IMG/VR virus record: IMGVR_UViG_3300028886_000028
Location: 64,001-128,000 of that record
Reading direction: 5' to 3' (one strand)
Source: a virus
Lineage: Duplodnaviria > Caudoviricetes
DNA: 64,000 bases
The translations under genes and the position numbers were made by a program. This document shows, piece by piece, positions 10,886 to 20,089 of the stretch (positions are counted from its first letter, which is position 1; the number at the start of each line of letters is the position of its first letter). The notes below the pieces were generated by a model. It saw only the letters and a list, made by a program, of their open reading frames with translations, did no database searches and had not been told where the DNA came from.

Positions 10886-11575
10886 ATGAAAATTTTATTG
10901 TCAGAATCTCAATTTAAAAAGATATGCGAGGCAATGATGCCAGGGTTTAGACTTGATTATTTAACATCTGCTCAATCATTTAGTGAAAGGAACAAATATT
11001 GTTTGAAAATGTTGGGTGAACCTGTAGGAAAAGGTTCAAGTAGAATTGTCTACCAAATAGACGATGAGACTTGCCTTAAATTGGCATGGAATGAAAAAGG
11101 TATTGAACAAAATTTGGAAGAAATTTCTATAGCAAGTGATGGGTTTATATCTTATATACCTAAAATATATAATGGTAGTGATGAAGAAAATGGTTTGTGG
11201 ATTATAACACAATACGTTTTACCAGCAAAAGCGTCAGATTTTAAAGAAATACTTGGAATACCTTTCAGAGACGTAGCTAAATTTGCAAAAAATACAGATG
11301 ATAGATTTAAATATAAATCAGGGCAATTTTATATGAACATTGCTGATAATATTGTGCGTAAATTATACCAAAAGTATGAAGATAATTATGATGTAATATC
11401 TTTATTCAATGATATTAGCGATTTAAAAGCAAATTATAATCAACTTGTTATTGATTTGGCAGCAATACGAAATTGGGGTATGGTAAGAGAAAATGGAAAC
11501 ACATACATGGTAATGTTAGATACTGGTTTTAGCGAAGAAGTTTATAACCAATATTATAAAAGTAATTTTAGATAA
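10886..11575 (+). CDS. Protein kinase-like enzyme with leader MKILLSESQFKKICEA
   Basis: Gly loop GKGSSRIVY, catalytic Lys CLKLA, alphaC QNLEE, catalytic loop DLAAIRNWG, Mg-binding LDTG. Confidence 0.7.
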   Translation: MKILLSESQFKKICEAMMPGFRLDYLTSAQSFSERNKYCLKMLGEPVGKGSSRIVYQIDDETCLKLAWNEKGIEQNLEEISIASDGFISYIPKIYNGSDEENGLWIITQYVLPAKASDFKEILGIPFRDVAKFAKNTDDRFKYKSGQFYMNIADNIVRKLYQKYEDNYDVISLFNDISDLKANYNQLVIDLAAIRNWGMVRENGNTYMVMLDTGFSEEVYNQYYKSNFR

Positions 11576-11576
11576 T

Positions 11577-12119
11577 ATGGCAAATTTACAATTTAACGCA
11601 AAAAATATAAAACGTGTTCCAATAAATAGAAATAATATTTTCTATTCTGAAGAATCATTTGCTTTTGAGGGTGCTATCGGAAAAAACTATATTGAACAAG
11701 ATATGAATCAAACTGCTGTTTTATATCAAGTTGACGCTAGCGCAACTAATATACATGATGTCTATGGAGAAACGCAGTCAGATAATGTTCAATTTAAAAC
11801 CCCAGTAGAATTCCATTGCGTTTATAAAATTGAACAGCCAGAATTGAAAGCATATGATAAAACGAAAAACATTGGCACTTATATGAAAACCGGTAAGCTG
11901 ACCATTGGCGTTTATGAAGAAACTTTAAAAGAACTTGGGATAGATATTAAAAAAGGAGATTATATTGGAATACAAATAACCCCTGAACATATGGAGTTCT
12001 TTAGTGTGACAAATGATGGAAAAAATAACTATGATAATGCTCATACATTGTTCGGTGTTAAACCTTTATATAGAACAGTGCAGTGTTATCCGGTTGATTC
12101 AAGCGAATTCCAAGCATAG
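11577..12119 (+). CDS. Neck/head-closure protein (T4 gp14-like)
   Basis: LYQVD...DVYGE....FKTPVE...L....I..GD pattern of head-closure proteins. Confidence 0.6.
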   Translation: MANLQFNAKNIKRVPINRNNIFYSEESFAFEGAIGKNYIEQDMNQTAVLYQVDASATNIHDVYGETQSDNVQFKTPVEFHCVYKIEQPELKAYDKTKNIGTYMKTGKLTIGVYEETLKELGIDIKKGDYIGIQITPEHMEFFSVTNDGKNNYDNAHTLFGVKPLYRTVQCYPVDSSEFQA

Positions 12120-12120
12120 T

Positions 12121-13179
12121 ATGAAAGTTATATTAACAGAGGAACAGTTTATAAAATTAACAGAGTCTGCCGAAAATTTGGACTCTCCGTTATATCATTA
12201 CACATATTTATCTTTTTTGATAGGTATGTTAGAAACCGGCACGTTTGAAACGTCTTACGACGATTTTGATTATTATAGAGCAGATAGACAAAATGGAGTT
12301 CTGCGGTGTGGTGGCGAAGATACAAGAGATTATATATCATTTACAAGGGATAAAATGTATAATGTTAACATGGATAAGGGTTTGTATAGTATTCCTTCTT
12401 TTAGAGGTTCTTACGAAAAAACGGATTACATAGGCCCACAAGTTAGAATACAATTTAATCCTAATTTTGTAAAAAATGTTAGAAATGGTAGATTACAACC
12501 TTATTTTTTTGACAGTTATCCAGACCAAAAGGAAGAAAAACTATATTTTGAGAAAGACACAAAATCAATACCATTAGATACAAAATATATTGAAAAGATA
12601 GATATTCTTCTTCAAGTTTTAAGAAAAGACGATATTCCTTTCATTAAAAAATTATTTGATTTCCCTGAAATCGTTGGTAAAACACGAATTTATTATGTTA
12701 AATACGCTGTCAGCCAATGGTCTATAGATAGAAGCAATGGCAAAGCGATAAAAGACGATAATTATAAATTGTATATTGAATTTTTAAAAGGCAATGAAAA
12801 GTTTTCAACTCCATTAATTTCATTAAAAAATGTTTTACACTATTTTTCTGATGATGAATTAAACAATTATAAAGAACCTTCTTATATGGAAAAATATTAT
12901 AATGGAAATGTAAAAGATGAAAATGAACAATGGGAATTAAATAATAAAAGGAAAAAATATACTGACAAAATTATTTCATTATATAATCAGGCCACTGATG
13001 AGCAGAAAAAAGAAATAAGAAACATATATAGAAAGTATAAAGATAAATTAGCAATGCCGTTATCGTATAAAATTCATGACCAGACCACAGGCTATAAAGG
13101 TGATTTTAGTGATGATGTAGGGTATTTGGAAAAGTTTTACGATGATGTTAACGAAATTTTTGAACGTTTTGAATTATGA
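12121..13179 (+). CDS. Putative ADP-ribosyltransferase-fold protein with leader MKVILTEEQFIKLTES
   Basis: LYHYT...YISFTR...QKEEK arrangement. The likely start is the ATG at 12121, directly after the previous stop. Confidence 0.5.
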   Translation: MKVILTEEQFIKLTESAENLDSPLYHYTYLSFLIGMLETGTFETSYDDFDYYRADRQNGVLRCGGEDTRDYISFTRDKMYNVNMDKGLYSIPSFRGSYEKTDYIGPQVRIQFNPNFVKNVRNGRLQPYFFDSYPDQKEEKLYFEKDTKSIPLDTKYIEKIDILLQVLRKDDIPFIKKLFDFPEIVGKTRIYYVKYAVSQWSIDRSNGKAIKDDNYKLYIEFLKGNEKFSTPLISLKNVLHYFSDDELNNYKEPSYMEKYYNGNVKDENEQWELNNKRKKYTDKIISLYNQATDEQKKEIRNIYRKYKDKLAMPLSYKIHDQTTGYKGDFSDDVGYLEKFYDDVNEIFERFEL

Positions 13180-13202
13180 AAAATATTTATAAAAAAAATT
13201 AT

Positions 13203-13967
13203 ATGAAAAAGATAATTAGGTTAACAGAAGGTGATTTACATAAAATTATAAAGGAATCCGTTAAAAAAATAATAAAAGAGGCATCTATATATCCAGGATA
13301 TAATAGCACATCAACACAAGGCATGACACCTATTAATAATAAAAACTATGAGTATGACCCATCAACGTTTACTGGGGTTGACAAAACAATGGGTTATGCA
13401 CAAAAATTCAAGTATAATGGTGATGACCCAGAATGGTTTAGAGAGACACTAAGAATATCAGATGGAGATGATTTCAATCCAGATTGGATGGAAAGCGCCG
13501 GCGTAGATTTTGAAGGGGATACAGCTTTCGATGTTGATTCTTTGTATAATAGTATAACGGAAAAACTCATTAGCGCAGGAGTAAAAGATGTTACTGAAGC
13601 ACATAAAAATGTTTATCAAAACGCATATGGTGGCGGAAACTACGATGATGAAGAATATTATGTTGTAAATCCTGAATTTGTAAAACATTTTTTAAGTGCA
13701 AGTGGAGAACAGCGTTTACATAAACAAGGATATGTGTATAATTGGTTTATTGAATTGGGTGATAGAACATTTTGTTCAAGACATAATTTTGATGATGAAG
13801 ACATTGCACAAGAAAATTGCGATAAATATATAAAATTAATAAACAAGTTAGGCGGAAGTTGTGAAGCGTGGGTAGATGGAATATCTTTAGAAAACGGAAA
13901 ATATATAATGGATACATGTTTAGCCTATGAAAATTTTGGCGGCGGAGAGCCTTTTTGGATGGATTAA
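13203..13967 (+). CDS. Hypothetical protein with leader MKKIIRLTEGDLHKIIKESVKKIIKEA
   Basis: Leader shared with the 26888 and 59720 genes; TATTTAT at 13184-13190. Confidence 0.75.
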   Translation: MKKIIRLTEGDLHKIIKESVKKIIKEASIYPGYNSTSTQGMTPINNKNYEYDPSTFTGVDKTMGYAQKFKYNGDDPEWFRETLRISDGDDFNPDWMESAGVDFEGDTAFDVDSLYNSITEKLISAGVKDVTEAHKNVYQNAYGGGNYDDEEYYVVNPEFVKHFLSASGEQRLHKQGYVYNWFIELGDRTFCSRHNFDDEDIAQENCDKYIKLINKLGGSCEAWVDGISLENGKYIMDTCLAYENFGGGEPFWMD

Positions 13968-13984
13968 TTAAAAAAATATTAATT

Positions 13985-15082
13985 ATGATTAACGAAGCAG
14001 ATATAACAAGAAGGTTTAGAAACCTTGTTTCAACAGCACAACTTGTAAAAAAGATTGCTCAACATGGGTATTTCAGTTTTAAAAATATTGTAAACGAAGC
14101 CGTTGATGAAGATTATGGCCAATATAAAATGCCAACTATTAATGATATAGAAGGAGAAACAATGACAACTATATATCGAGTGGCTTTTAAATATCAATTG
14201 GACAGTATTTTTGAATTCGGATATAATAGAGCATTTACTGGTTCAAAAGGTGGCAATATGTATGGAGCAGGAGTTTATTGCACTTATAAGTTAGAAGATA
14301 GCATACATAATGTAAAAACAAAATCAGAATACGGCGATTGTATCGTTAAAATGTTTTTAATAGGCGGCTTTGATGGGTTTATAATATTTGATGAACGTAA
14401 TGCAAGGCGTATGTATGGTAATTTTTGGCGCATTAAAGACCAATTAATTCATAGATATGGAGTTGACAGTTTCGAGGCTGAAAGAATTGAGAGACGTTGT
14501 TCTTCATCAGGAGTAGATTTATACCACGGAAGAACAGCTCCTGCCGCATATACTTTTGCGTCTGATTATAAAAATTTAATAAAAGAAAAGGGGATAAGAG
14601 GCGTCATATATAAAGGTAATAGAGACGGACATTGTGTAGTACCTTATGATTTTAGTGCAGTAATACCTTATTCTGTGTCATTTGACCAAGGTAAAACATT
14701 TAAAAAAATGTTTAAGCCGGAAACATACCAAAGAATGCATGATAGTATAGATGTGCAATTTAGATATGGTAATAGATATGCAAAGGTTTTTGAAAGTGTA
14801 AAAGGTTTTACGATGGTTCAAAAAAGAGACGGTAAATATAATTTCATTGATAATAGTGATGATAAAGAACTATCTCCAATATGGTTCGATGAAATATTAA
14901 GCAAAATAAACCCTAATAATGGAACTTTTGGCTTTAGATGGGGAGGGCATGATTTTATTGGCTCTATAATGTCGCCACAAGGCTCATCAGAAAAGGGGTG
15001 CATAATGGATGATGGACAACCTTATTGCGATTTTTCTGATTTACCAGAACTTGTTCAAGCGATAGAAAATGGAGAAGAGTAA
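13985..15082 (+). CDS. PARP-like ADP-ribosyltransferase, paralog 1
   Basis: IYRV...GGNMYGAGVYCT PARP-like signature; aligns along its length with 55041..56075. Confidence 0.65.
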   Translation: MINEADITRRFRNLVSTAQLVKKIAQHGYFSFKNIVNEAVDEDYGQYKMPTINDIEGETMTTIYRVAFKYQLDSIFEFGYNRAFTGSKGGNMYGAGVYCTYKLEDSIHNVKTKSEYGDCIVKMFLIGGFDGFIIFDERNARRMYGNFWRIKDQLIHRYGVDSFEAERIERRCSSSGVDLYHGRTAPAAYTFASDYKNLIKEKGIRGVIYKGNRDGHCVVPYDFSAVIPYSVSFDQGKTFKKMFKPETYQRMHDSIDVQFRYGNRYAKVFESVKGFTMVQKRDGKYNFIDNSDDKELSPIWFDEILSKINPNNGTFGFRWGGHDFIGSIMSPQGSSEKGCIMDDGQPYCDFSDLPELVQAIENGEE

Positions 15083-15086
15083 AAAT

Positions 15087-15113
15087 AAAAAGAGTGGTTT
15101 TTCCACTCTTTTT
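15087..15113. terminator. Bidirectional intrinsic terminator
   Basis: AAAAAGAGTGG-TTTTT-CCACTCTTTTT between convergent genes. Confidence 0.85.
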
Positions 15114-15163
15114 AAATTGTATATAGCTATTTTGTTTAATAGTTAACATGTATATGGTTCACT

Positions 15164-16690
15164 TTATTTTACCATTCTATTGAACAAATCAACAAAATCA
15201 TTTTTAATTTTTCTTTGTTCTTCAATTTGTTCTTCAGGTAAGCCATATTTTTTAATTGCCATGTTAATAATATCATCTATCGTAAATTCTTTTTTATTTT
15301 CCATTACTTCAAGTATTTTTGATTCTGAAATTTTCTTTGCCATTGTTGGTATTATTGAGTTTGTTATTGTAAATATTGACATTACATCATTATCGTTATA
15401 CGTAATATTACCACCTATACCTGTTAAAATTTTATGATTTGCTTCATTAATTCCTGAACTTATAGCGACTATCAATGTTGATACTAACGCAATTCGTTCT
15501 ATATCTTGAGGTTTTACATAACCAAGAGATTTTGCCATTACTTTAGAATATTGATAAGTTCCATCTACAATAAATTTTTCATCAGATACATTTTTTAAAG
15601 TTGGTATGTTTTTCTTTCCGCATAACCATTCTATTATTCCTTTCCTTTTTTTCATTGCGGTGCTTGAACTTGCTGATGGCTGAGTCTGTTGCTGCGTTTG
15701 AACACTTCCAATTTGGGCTTTTAATTCATCTTCTTTAGTTTGAGCAACTGAATTAATTTCACCGGTTAAATTGTTTATTAACCCCATGTCATTTGTGAAA
15801 ACATCATCTTTCGGGTCTGATGGCGGTATTGTATCTGCTACGTCATACATTATAACTTTATAAAATCCACCATTTCCTTTGTTAGCATCCATTTCAATGC
15901 TTCCAATTGTTTGTACTGAATTTTTAGTAAAATCTTTAGCATCTTTCATATCTTGGAAGCCATGTGCTCTAGCAGAATTATTCCTTGCCGCCCAAGATGT
16001 ATTTCCATAATTTGATGATTTAACAACTATGATTTTTTGCGCCCCAGGTTTAATTTGCCTGTTAAACTTTAAACGCCAAGTTTCTGGTGTTGTTACAAAA
16101 CTAGCCATAGGGTTTTGAGATAAGATGCTCATAACGTTTTTCTTACTAAGTACATGCCCATATTTTTTAGCGCATGCGACTGTAGTTTGGAAATTAAGAA
16201 GCGTTTTTCTAAAGTTAGGGTCTTGTAACTTTGTAAGCATTTCTTTCCAGTTTGAGGCTATGTTAGCATTACTATTTGCAATGTCTGCTTCTGTTGGGCA
16301 TTGTGCTATTTTATCCATCAATGAATCGCCAAATGAATCAGCTGACGTGTCGTTATATGTTCCTAAACTTTTTATGCAATTAGTTATTTTGTCAATAAAT
16401 GTTGTGCCTAATTCGTTGATTTTATCAATGTTTATTTTTAAAATAATACCTTTATCATATTTAGGATGCGCAACAGCAACCATTATATTATTAGGAATAT
16501 TCGCAGCCCATGAATTAATTAATTGTTGTCTGTCTGTTGGGTTAATTCCATCAACATATGCTTCAAGATATTCTTTTTCTTTACCTGTAACTTTACTTCT
16601 CGCTTTTTTAGCTTCGCAATGACTAATTCTTATAAAAGATTTAGATGAAGTATTATTATTAAATTTGTTAAATTTTTTTGGTAGTGCCAT
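15164..16690 (-). CDS. ArdC-N-like ssDNA-binding domain protein, paralog 1
   Basis: LSKKNVMSILSQNPMASFV....W...FNRQIKPGAQKI...F.....YDVADT matches the ArdC N-terminal pattern. Confidence 0.6.
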   Translation of the reverse strand: MALPKKFNKFNNNTSSKSFIRISHCEAKKARSKVTGKEKEYLEAYVDGINPTDRQQLINSWAANIPNNIMVAVAHPKYDKGIILKINIDKINELGTTFIDKITNCIKSLGTYNDTSADSFGDSLMDKIAQCPTEADIANSNANIASNWKEMLTKLQDPNFRKTLLNFQTTVACAKKYGHVLSKKNVMSILSQNPMASFVTTPETWRLKFNRQIKPGAQKIIVVKSSNYGNTSWAARNNSARAHGFQDMKDAKDFTKNSVQTIGSIEMDANKGNGGFYKVIMYDVADTIPPSDPKDDVFTNDMGLINNLTGEINSVAQTKEDELKAQIGSVQTQQQTQPSASSSTAMKKRKGIIEWLCGKKNIPTLKNVSDEKFIVDGTYQYSKVMAKSLGYVKPQDIERIALVSTLIVAISSGINEANHKILTGIGGNITYNDNDVMSIFTITNSIIPTMAKKISESKILEVMENKKEFTIDDIINMAIKKYGLPEEQIEEQRKIKNDFVDLFNRMVK

Positions 16691-16713
16691 AGTGCATTTT
16701 GTATTTTAATTAA

Positions 16714-16729
16714 TTATAAATATTTATAA
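16714..16729. promoter_or_regulatory. Palindromic back-to-back late promoter (TTATAAATATTTATAA)
   Basis: Perfect 16-bp palindrome with TATTTAT on both strands, between divergent genes. Confidence 0.6.
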
Positions 16730-16764
16730 ATAAAAAAAACTTTGATAATTTAAGTAATGTAATT

Positions 16765-17961
16765 ATGGTACAATATAATGATTTAACGCAGCAAGAATCT
16801 ATTAAAAATATCAGTAATTTATTGAATGAAGCTGATGTATCAAGAAGGTTTAGGAATTTAATATGCACATCAACACTTGTTAAATACATCGCTAAGTGTG
16901 GGTATGAAGGAAAATATACAGAAGAAGCGTTATATAAAACGTTAGAAAAGTGTGGTATTAAACCTAAAACTTATCGTGGAGGTAAACCATATTTCAATAG
17001 GAAAAATGCATGTAATTGCGTTGAAAAACACATATTTGATATAAGAGATATGGCGGAAAAAATGGAACAGTATAATCAACCAAAAGACGAAACTGAATGG
17101 AATGTTGGTTATGGCAGGGGCGATATGAGTGTTGCCTCTAGAGAAATGTTGGCTAACGATGGTGTGTTTGGTTCTGATGAAAATGAGTTGTATAAAACAA
17201 ACGAAAGCAAAAAAATTATCAGAATATCTGAAGATAAACTAAAATTGTTTACAATAAATGTTAAGCAATTAGAAGAAGCCTATGATTGGAATGCATGGGG
17301 TTCATTAGAAGGCGGCATCGGTAAAAGACCGTATCGTAAAACAGCAACAGCAGAAATGCCAAAGAGAAAGCCAGTAAAAAGTTTTTACGACGCAAAAACA
17401 GTTAGCCAAATAGGTAAAACATTAAGAAAGGCATGGGATTCTTTAAAATTGAGGGCAATAATAGGCTATAATAGAAATGTTACTCGTATATACGGACGTG
17501 GTAACGCTGATGCTATTTACAATTTTTTTAATGATAATGGAGAAAATATGTTTGCCAAATTTGCAGAAAAATATAACACAATTTCAAAATTAACAAGCGA
17601 TATTGAAAAGTGGGCAAAGGAAGGCGATAGAAACGGGGTAGATTATAGATTACGTGATTTGCCTAAAAATTTAGAAGAACTTGCTATTATGTTAAATGGG
17701 CTTTTTAACAAATATAAAGAATTGAAAAGAGTTCGCCAATTCAGCCCAACTTTAAATGGTAATGCAAATATGGTCGGAAATATGATAGATGGATATAAAA
17801 CAACTAATGGATTATCTGATTTAGTAATTGCAAAAAGTCCGGCAGAATTATCAAAAATAACAAGCCAACTTAATACTTGTGCCGAATACATTAGAAATAT
17901 GTGGGGAGATAACCTTGAAGGTGGAACAGTTAGGGATGGCTCAGATAGAATTGTACGTTAA
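16765..17961 (+). CDS. Hypothetical protein with NEADVSRRFRNL N-terminus and an internal leader-like motif
   Basis: N-terminus is similar to that of the 13985 gene; internal NESKKIIRISEDKL...LEEA. Confidence 0.75.
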   Translation: MVQYNDLTQQESIKNISNLLNEADVSRRFRNLICTSTLVKYIAKCGYEGKYTEEALYKTLEKCGIKPKTYRGGKPYFNRKNACNCVEKHIFDIRDMAEKMEQYNQPKDETEWNVGYGRGDMSVASREMLANDGVFGSDENELYKTNESKKIIRISEDKLKLFTINVKQLEEAYDWNAWGSLEGGIGKRPYRKTATAEMPKRKPVKSFYDAKTVSQIGKTLRKAWDSLKLRAIIGYNRNVTRIYGRGNADAIYNFFNDNGENMFAKFAEKYNTISKLTSDIEKWAKEGDRNGVDYRLRDLPKNLEELAIMLNGLFNKYKELKRVRQFSPTLNGNANMVGNMIDGYKTTNGLSDLVIAKSPAELSKITSQLNTCAEYIRNMWGDNLEGGTVRDGSDRIVR

Positions 17962-17973
17962 TAGTAAAAAACA

Positions 17974-19329
17974 ATGTTAATTCAACCTAAACCATATATG
18001 GATAGATTACGACTCAGAAATCACGCTGTTGGAACTGAGCGTAGAAGAAATATGTCCAAAATTGTTTTGGAAAATCAAACATTTTTTCCAAAACCAGTAG
18101 AGTATGTAGATATAGATAAGGCTTTTTTTGATTGGGTTGACAAAAAATTAGATGTTGTTTACAACGGCAAAAAATTACCAACATACAAATTATTTAGTAA
18201 CCAAAAATTAAGCGAATATTCTCAAACTTGGGAAAATCTTGATGAAACAGGTAATATAATAATGAACTTTAAAACAATAACACGAGAAAATAACCCTCAG
18301 CATGGAGAAAGTCAGGGTGGCAATTATAATGTTCCCGGTAATCGTGATTATCCAATGTTTTATGTTCCAATACTGCAAGAAAATGGGGAAGAAGCTTATG
18401 ACCTTTATTCAATGAAACAGCCTTTGTCGGTCAATTTTATGTATACTGTATCAGTTATATGTAACAAATATGAAATTTTAAATAAGTTTAATGAATTAAT
18501 GCATTATGAATTCAGTGCATTAGAATGCTATATTTACCCTAATGAACACCCAATGCCTATGGTTATTGAAAACATAACAGACGAGTCAGAGTATAGCATA
18601 GATGATAGGAAATATTATTCTCAATCGTATCAAATTAAACTTATGGCTTACATAATAAGGAAAGAAGACTTTAAAGTTAGTAAAGTTCCTTCTAGGTTTA
18701 TTGTTAAAATAAATGATGTTAAGTCTAAAAAGAAATACAAGAAAAAAACTTTAAATGATTGCTGGCTTGGTAATTTAAACAATTTACCACTTGAAAACGA
18801 TGATAAAAAAGGTATAGAAAATGAATTACCAAAATTAGAACGTTCGTCAGCATTTGAAAAATGCGAAAAACCTATTGATTTAGCACCACCTCATAGAACC
18901 CCATCAGTCATAGTAGAAGAAGAAGTGCCTGAATGCTGTTTTAAACATGAAGACCCATATATTCACAAAAAGATAAAACTTATTGCAGATTTTCCTTATT
19001 GCGAAGAACATACAGTTACATTTACAGCAGACACAATCATAGATATTGATGAAATAGAAACAAATAATGTTCACGATTTCATTATAAAGATTAATGGAAA
19101 AGTTGAGACTTTTGAAGATGAAGTAAAGATAAATGTAGGCGATGAAATTTTTATTAATATAAGTAGAGAAGATGAATATGGAGATTCTTCATTAACAATT
19201 GTAGGAAGCGACCCGGAAACTGTTATTGATACAAGAATAGATTATGAATCAGAATTGGACACTCCAGTATCAGAAGAAGATATATACATAAATAAAGGCA
19301 ATAATATAGCAGTTGACACGAATAAATGA
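17974..19329 (+). CDS. Tail terminator/sheath stabiliser (T4 gp15-like) with C-terminal extension
   Basis: DIDKAF...LP...E...W...D..G....TITR...P..V...Y pattern; location among the neck genes. Confidence 0.5.
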   Translation: MLIQPKPYMDRLRLRNHAVGTERRRNMSKIVLENQTFFPKPVEYVDIDKAFFDWVDKKLDVVYNGKKLPTYKLFSNQKLSEYSQTWENLDETGNIIMNFKTITRENNPQHGESQGGNYNVPGNRDYPMFYVPILQENGEEAYDLYSMKQPLSVNFMYTVSVICNKYEILNKFNELMHYEFSALECYIYPNEHPMPMVIENITDESEYSIDDRKYYSQSYQIKLMAYIIRKEDFKVSKVPSRFIVKINDVKSKKKYKKKTLNDCWLGNLNNLPLENDDKKGIENELPKLERSSAFEKCEKPIDLAPPHRTPSVIVEEEVPECCFKHEDPYIHKKIKLIADFPYCEEHTVTFTADTIIDIDEIETNNVHDFIIKINGKVETFEDEVKINVGDEIFINISREDEYGDSSLTIVGSDPETVIDTRIDYESELDTPVSEEDIYINKGNNIAVDTNK

Positions 19330-19330
19330 G

Positions 19331-19359
19331 AAATGCAGCCATAAATGGCTGCATTTTTT
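19331..19359. terminator. Intrinsic terminator, AAATGCAGCCAT family copy 1
   Basis: AAATGCAGCCAT-AA-ATGGCTGCATTTTTT. Confidence 0.85.
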
Positions 19360-19364
19360 GCTAT

Positions 19365-19724
19365 CTATATTATTGTTACTTCTGTTACTATTGTTTTTGC
19401 GCTATTAACAACAGAAGCCCTAAGTTTTATTAATTGGCTTATAAAAAATTGTTCTTTATTAGCGAAATCAGAAAGGTATGAATTGTAAATAAAATCATCA
19501 AAATTTTTTCTTTCTCCATTCCCAGTTTCAAAAACTAACTTATATTCTATAAAGTAGTCATCAACCTCAATATAATACGTAATTTGCTTTTTCAAAAATT
19601 TGTTCCATTCTTGTTTTTGAACTTTCTTTTTTGATTTTACAGCAGATAGTATATTAAGCCACAAATGCTGATTATGAGGTTTTTGAGTACTCTTTAATAA
19701 AGAATTAAAAATAATTTTTTCCAT
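19365..19724 (-). CDS. Hypothetical protein
   Basis: 119-aa ORF ending at a terminator. Confidence 0.6.
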   Translation of the reverse strand: MEKIIFNSLLKSTQKPHNQHLWLNILSAVKSKKKVQKQEWNKFLKKQITYYIEVDDYFIEYKLVFETGNGERKNFDDFIYNSYLSDFANKEQFFISQLIKLRASVVNSAKTIVTEVTII

Positions 19725-20075
19725 ATGACAACAATTAAAACTTTAATAGATATTGAAGAAATTCTTCTTAAAGCAGATAATGATTTAAGATATTCGTATT
19801 CTTTAAATGAATTGATGACAAGCGAAAAATATATAAAAGAGCTAGGAGAAATAACTAATCTTTTTTTTGCTGTTCAAATAGAATATGGTAAAATAAATGA
19901 TGAAAAAAATAATGATTATAAACAAAAATTGGTTGATTACCATAATAAATTAATTTCTGATGAACTAGATGTAAATATAGAAAAATATGTTGATTTCATC
20001 AAAAAAATTGAAAGCAAAATAAAAGATAAAGAATATTTTGATAAAGCAAAAAATATACTGGCTTTTAACAATTAA
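19725..20075 (+). CDS. Hypothetical protein
   Basis: 116-aa ORF ending within a terminator hairpin. Confidence 0.6.
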   Translation: MTTIKTLIDIEEILLKADNDLRYSYSLNELMTSEKYIKELGEITNLFFAVQIEYGKINDEKNNDYKQKLVDYHNKLISDELDVNIEKYVDFIKKIESKIKDKEYFDKAKNILAFNN

Positions 20076-20089
20076 GCCAGTATATTTTT
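20050..20089. terminator. Bidirectional terminator overlapping a gene end
   Basis: AAAATATACTGGCTT-TTAACAATT-AAGCCAGTATATTTT. Confidence 0.75.

Noticed and set aside
12013-12120. Upstream extension of the 12013..13179 ORF
   Set aside because: It overlaps the gp14-like gene; the ATG at 12121 begins the leader and is coupled to the previous stop.
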